Shown here: positions 53,047 to 54,873 of the stretch, piece after piece
How the letters are laid out: the number at the start of each line of letters is the position of its first letter
How positions within the stretch are numbered: position 1 is the first letter of the stretch
Assembly: GCA_902780845.1 (NCBI GenBank)
Contig: CACZGZ010000001.1
Location: 1 to 54,873 of the forward strand
Length of the DNA: 54,873 bases
Direction: 5' to 3'
DNA from: an uncultured Eubacteriales bacterium
Lineage (GTDB): Bacteria; Bacillota; Clostridia; Peptostreptococcales; Anaerovoracaceae
Notes under the pieces: model-generated
Told to the model about the DNA's origin: nothing
The model's input: only the letters and a program-made list of their open reading frames with translations
Database searches by the model: none
Translations under genes and position numbers: made by a program

Positions 53047-54582
53047 TTAATTATCCTCCTTTCCGCCGAGCTTTGTCATTAGAAGTCCGACTTCTTCCTT
53101 AGTCGTCTTTCTGGCATCTACGATGCCCGATACCTTTCCTCCGCAAAGGACCAGTATCCTGTCGCAGAGTTCCAGAAGCACATCCAGATCTTCTCCTACG
53201 AAGATAACGGCAACGCCCTTCATCTTCTCTGCTGTCATCATATTATAGATCGTGAATGAGGTGTGTATGTCCAGTCCGCGGACTGCGTAGGCGCTCATGA
53301 GCACGGTCGGCGCCTGGGCGATCTCACGCCCTACCAGTACCTTCTGTACGTTTCCGCCGGACAGCTTTCTTACGGGGTAGTCGATTCCGGGAGTCTTTAC
53401 GTCCAGGTCTTCAAGTACCTTCTCCGCAAGCTTTTCAGGGCCCTTGGTATCGACGAAGATGCCTTTTCCCTTGTTCCAGGACCTGAGCATCATGTTCCCG
53501 GTCATTCCCATGCCGCCTACAAGGCCCATGCCCAGTCGGTCTTCGGGAACGAAGGCCAGGGATACTCCGGCATCCTTGATCTCCATGGGGGTCTTTCCCA
53601 CAAGTTCCGCGGGACTCTTTCCCTCAGGAGTATAGATTATGGATCCCTTGGAGATGTGTCTTAAGCCTGCTATGGATTCCAGAAGTTCCTTCTGTCCCGA
53701 ACCTGCAATACCGGCGATTCCAAGGATCTCTCCTCCGAAGGCTATGAAGCCCACGTCGTCGAGTCTTATCATTCCCTCGCTGTCTCTTACGGTAAGCCCT
53801 GCCACCGTGAGTCTCGGCTTGGGATCCACAGGCTCCGGCCTGTCTATATTAAGTGAGATCTTGTGTCCCACCATCATTTCCGTGAGTTCTTTTTCGTTGG
53901 TTTCAGCCGTCTTGACAGCACCGATGTATTTGCCCTTTCTGAGAACGGTGACAACGTCGGATATAGCCATTACCTCGTTCAGCTTGTGGGTGATGAGGAT
54001 GATTGACTTGCCGTCCTCCTTCATGGCCTTCAGCACATTGAACAGCTTCTCGGTCTCCTGAGGCGTAAGCACCGCCGTAGGCTCGTCCAGGATAAGGATA
54101 TCCGCTCCCCTGTAGAGGACCTTGATGATCTCTACGGTCTGCTTCTCGGATACGGACATCTCGTAGATCTTCTTATCCGGATCTATCTCGAAACCGTATT
54201 TCTCTCCGATCTCCTTTACTCTGGCGGAGATGACCTTCCTGTCCAGCTTGCCTTCTTCCTTCAGTCCCAGAACGATATTCTCAGCAGCCGTAAACACGTC
54301 CACCAGTTTGAAGTGCTGATGGATCATTCCTATCTTGTTGTCGAAGGCATCTTTCGGGGATTTGATGGATACCGGCTTGCCGTCGATCAGGATCTCTCCC
54401 TCATCGGGGAAATATATCCCGGCCAGCATATTCATGAGAGTGGTCTTTCCGGAACCGTTCTCTCCCAGAAGAGACATGATCACGCCGCGATCCAGATAAA
54501 GATCCACCGAATCATTGGCAACGTTGGATCCGAATCTCTTGGTTATCCCTCTGAATTCCACTGCATGTGTGGTTTCTGACAT
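53047..54582 (-). CDS. ABC importer ATP-binding protein with duplicated NBDs (YufO/NupO-like)
   Basis: 511 aa. The first NBD has Walker A GENGSGKTT and Walker B ILILDEPT. The second NBD has GIAGSGQKE and LSGGNVQK. Confidence 0.9.
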   Translation of the reverse strand: MSETTHAVEFRGITKRFGSNVANDSVDLYLDRGVIMSLLGENGSGKTTLMNMLAGIYFPDEGEILIDGKPVSIKSPKDAFDNKIGMIHQHFKLVDVFTAAENIVLGLKEEGKLDRKVISARVKEIGEKYGFEIDPDKKIYEMSVSEKQTVEIIKVLYRGADILILDEPTAVLTPQETEKLFNVLKAMKEDGKSIILITHKLNEVMAISDVVTVLRKGKYIGAVKTAETNEKELTEMMVGHKISLNIDRPEPVDPKPRLTVAGLTVRDSEGMIRLDDVGFIAFGGEILGIAGIAGSGQKELLESIAGLRHISKGSIIYTPEGKSPAELVGKTPMEIKDAGVSLAFVPEDRLGMGLVGGMGMTGNMMLRSWNKGKGIFVDTKGPEKLAEKVLEDLDVKTPGIDYPVRKLSGGNVQKVLVGREIAQAPTVLMSAYAVRGLDIHTSFTIYNMMTAEKMKGVAVIFVGEDLDVLLELCDRILVLCGGKVSGIVDARKTTKEEVGLLMTKLGGKEDN

Positions 54583-54665
54583 CGCTTTTTCCTTTCATTA
54601 GTGATGAAATACGCGTACAGCTCTTTTACATCATGCTACAAAGTCAAGCATGAGCCATAAAACAT

Positions 54666-54698
54666 AAAAACCCAAAAGAGGACTTATTCAGTCCTCTT
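54666..54698 (-). terminator. Intra-operon terminator/attenuator after the BMP-family binding-protein gene
   Basis: Reverse strand reads AAGAGGAC-tgaataa-GTCCTCTT followed by TTGGGTTTTTATG. Confidence 0.65.
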
Positions 54699-54723
54699 CC
54701 GGTAATATTGATCTTTTTAAAAA

Positions 54724-54873
54724 TTAGTAAGCCTCATTGAGCAGTTCGATTCCGTCGATCCTTAATGCAAAGTAAGGAGCTGACTGGAAGTATGATTCGT
54801 GGAACGCACCGTCAAATACAGCCTCTTCACTGTCGGGAGCAAAGTCTCCGTCTGTGTCGAGAGCGAATGCTGT
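54724..54873 (-). CDS. C-terminal end of a probable BMP-family ABC substrate-binding lipoprotein (5' part outside the window)
   Basis: The reverse frame is open from the window edge to TAA at 54726-54724 (...DTDGDFAPDSEEAVFDGAFHESYFQSAPYFALRIDGIELLNEAY-stop). The call rests mainly on its position upstream of the YufO/P/Q-like genes. Confidence 0.5.
   Translation of the reverse strand, partial: TAFALDTDGDFAPDSEEAVFDGAFHESYFQSAPYFALRIDGIELLNEAY

Noticed and set aside
54610-54617. A lone TACGCGTA octamer just upstream of the ABC ATPase gene, possibly linked to the array motif at 43440-43760.
   Set aside because: A palindromic 8-mer is expected about 0.8 times by chance in 54.9 kb, so a single extra occurrence carries no information.
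1-54873. Search for a prophage, transposon or integrative element, tRNA/rRNA genes, and multi-gene defence systems.
   Set aside because: No integrase, transposase, recombinase, phage structural, cas, methyltransferase or toxin-antitoxin-like ORFs were recognised. No cloverleaf-like or rRNA-like segments were seen. Only two small AT-rich patches (4671-5748 and 27813-28134) look foreign.

Overview
A 54.9-kb chromosomal segment that looks like a Firmicutes/Clostridia genome, probably a Lachnospiraceae-like butyrate producer. It has strong AGGAGG ribosome-binding sites (RBS), greA-lysS and secA-prfB neighbourhoods, a butyryl-CoA:acetate CoA-transferase-type gene, and about 50-57% GC in core genes. 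I call 39 CDS plus one frameshifted remnant; 35 of the CDS are on the minus strand. Content from left to right:
- amino-acid/peptide uptake (AGCS symporter, YfcC carrier, PepV dipeptidase)
- an AT-rich orphan nuclease-fold gene
- a heterodimeric ABC exporter pair with a flavin-reductase-like gene
- the CoA-transferase
- small accessory genes (AlkZ-related, Lar-like zinc ribbon)
- a sigma-54-controlled CitMHS / split-AtuA (DUF1446) operon with its own PAS enhancer-binding protein (EBP)
- an LtaS-family enzyme
- an XRE-TPR regulator
- an MMPL transporter, a giant heptad-repeat protein and a divergent TetR
- housekeeping genes (lysS, greA, racemase, deoD, addB, HAD, tex, prfB with its +1 frameshift, secA, gap, rarA)
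- a purine/nucleoside salvage cluster (BMP-type ABC importer, NCS2 permease, EamA, phosphoribosyltransferase)

I saw no rRNA, tRNA, CRISPR array, transposase or integrase.

The most unusual non-coding signals are:
1. A six-unit 54-bp tandem array carrying twelve ACGCGT-centred palindromes in strict 30/24-bp alternation, between the gap terminator and the secA promoter.
2. A complete sigma-54 enhancer architecture whose TTCCA-N6-TGGAA site recurs on the activator's own promoter.
3. Three ATAGGTCT/AGACCTAT inverted-repeat units at an exact 73-bp period next to the AT-rich nuclease gene.
4. A duplicated 72-bp module made of a lysS-like 3' end plus a terminator.

All functional calls come from motif and family recognition by eye. 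No database searches were run.
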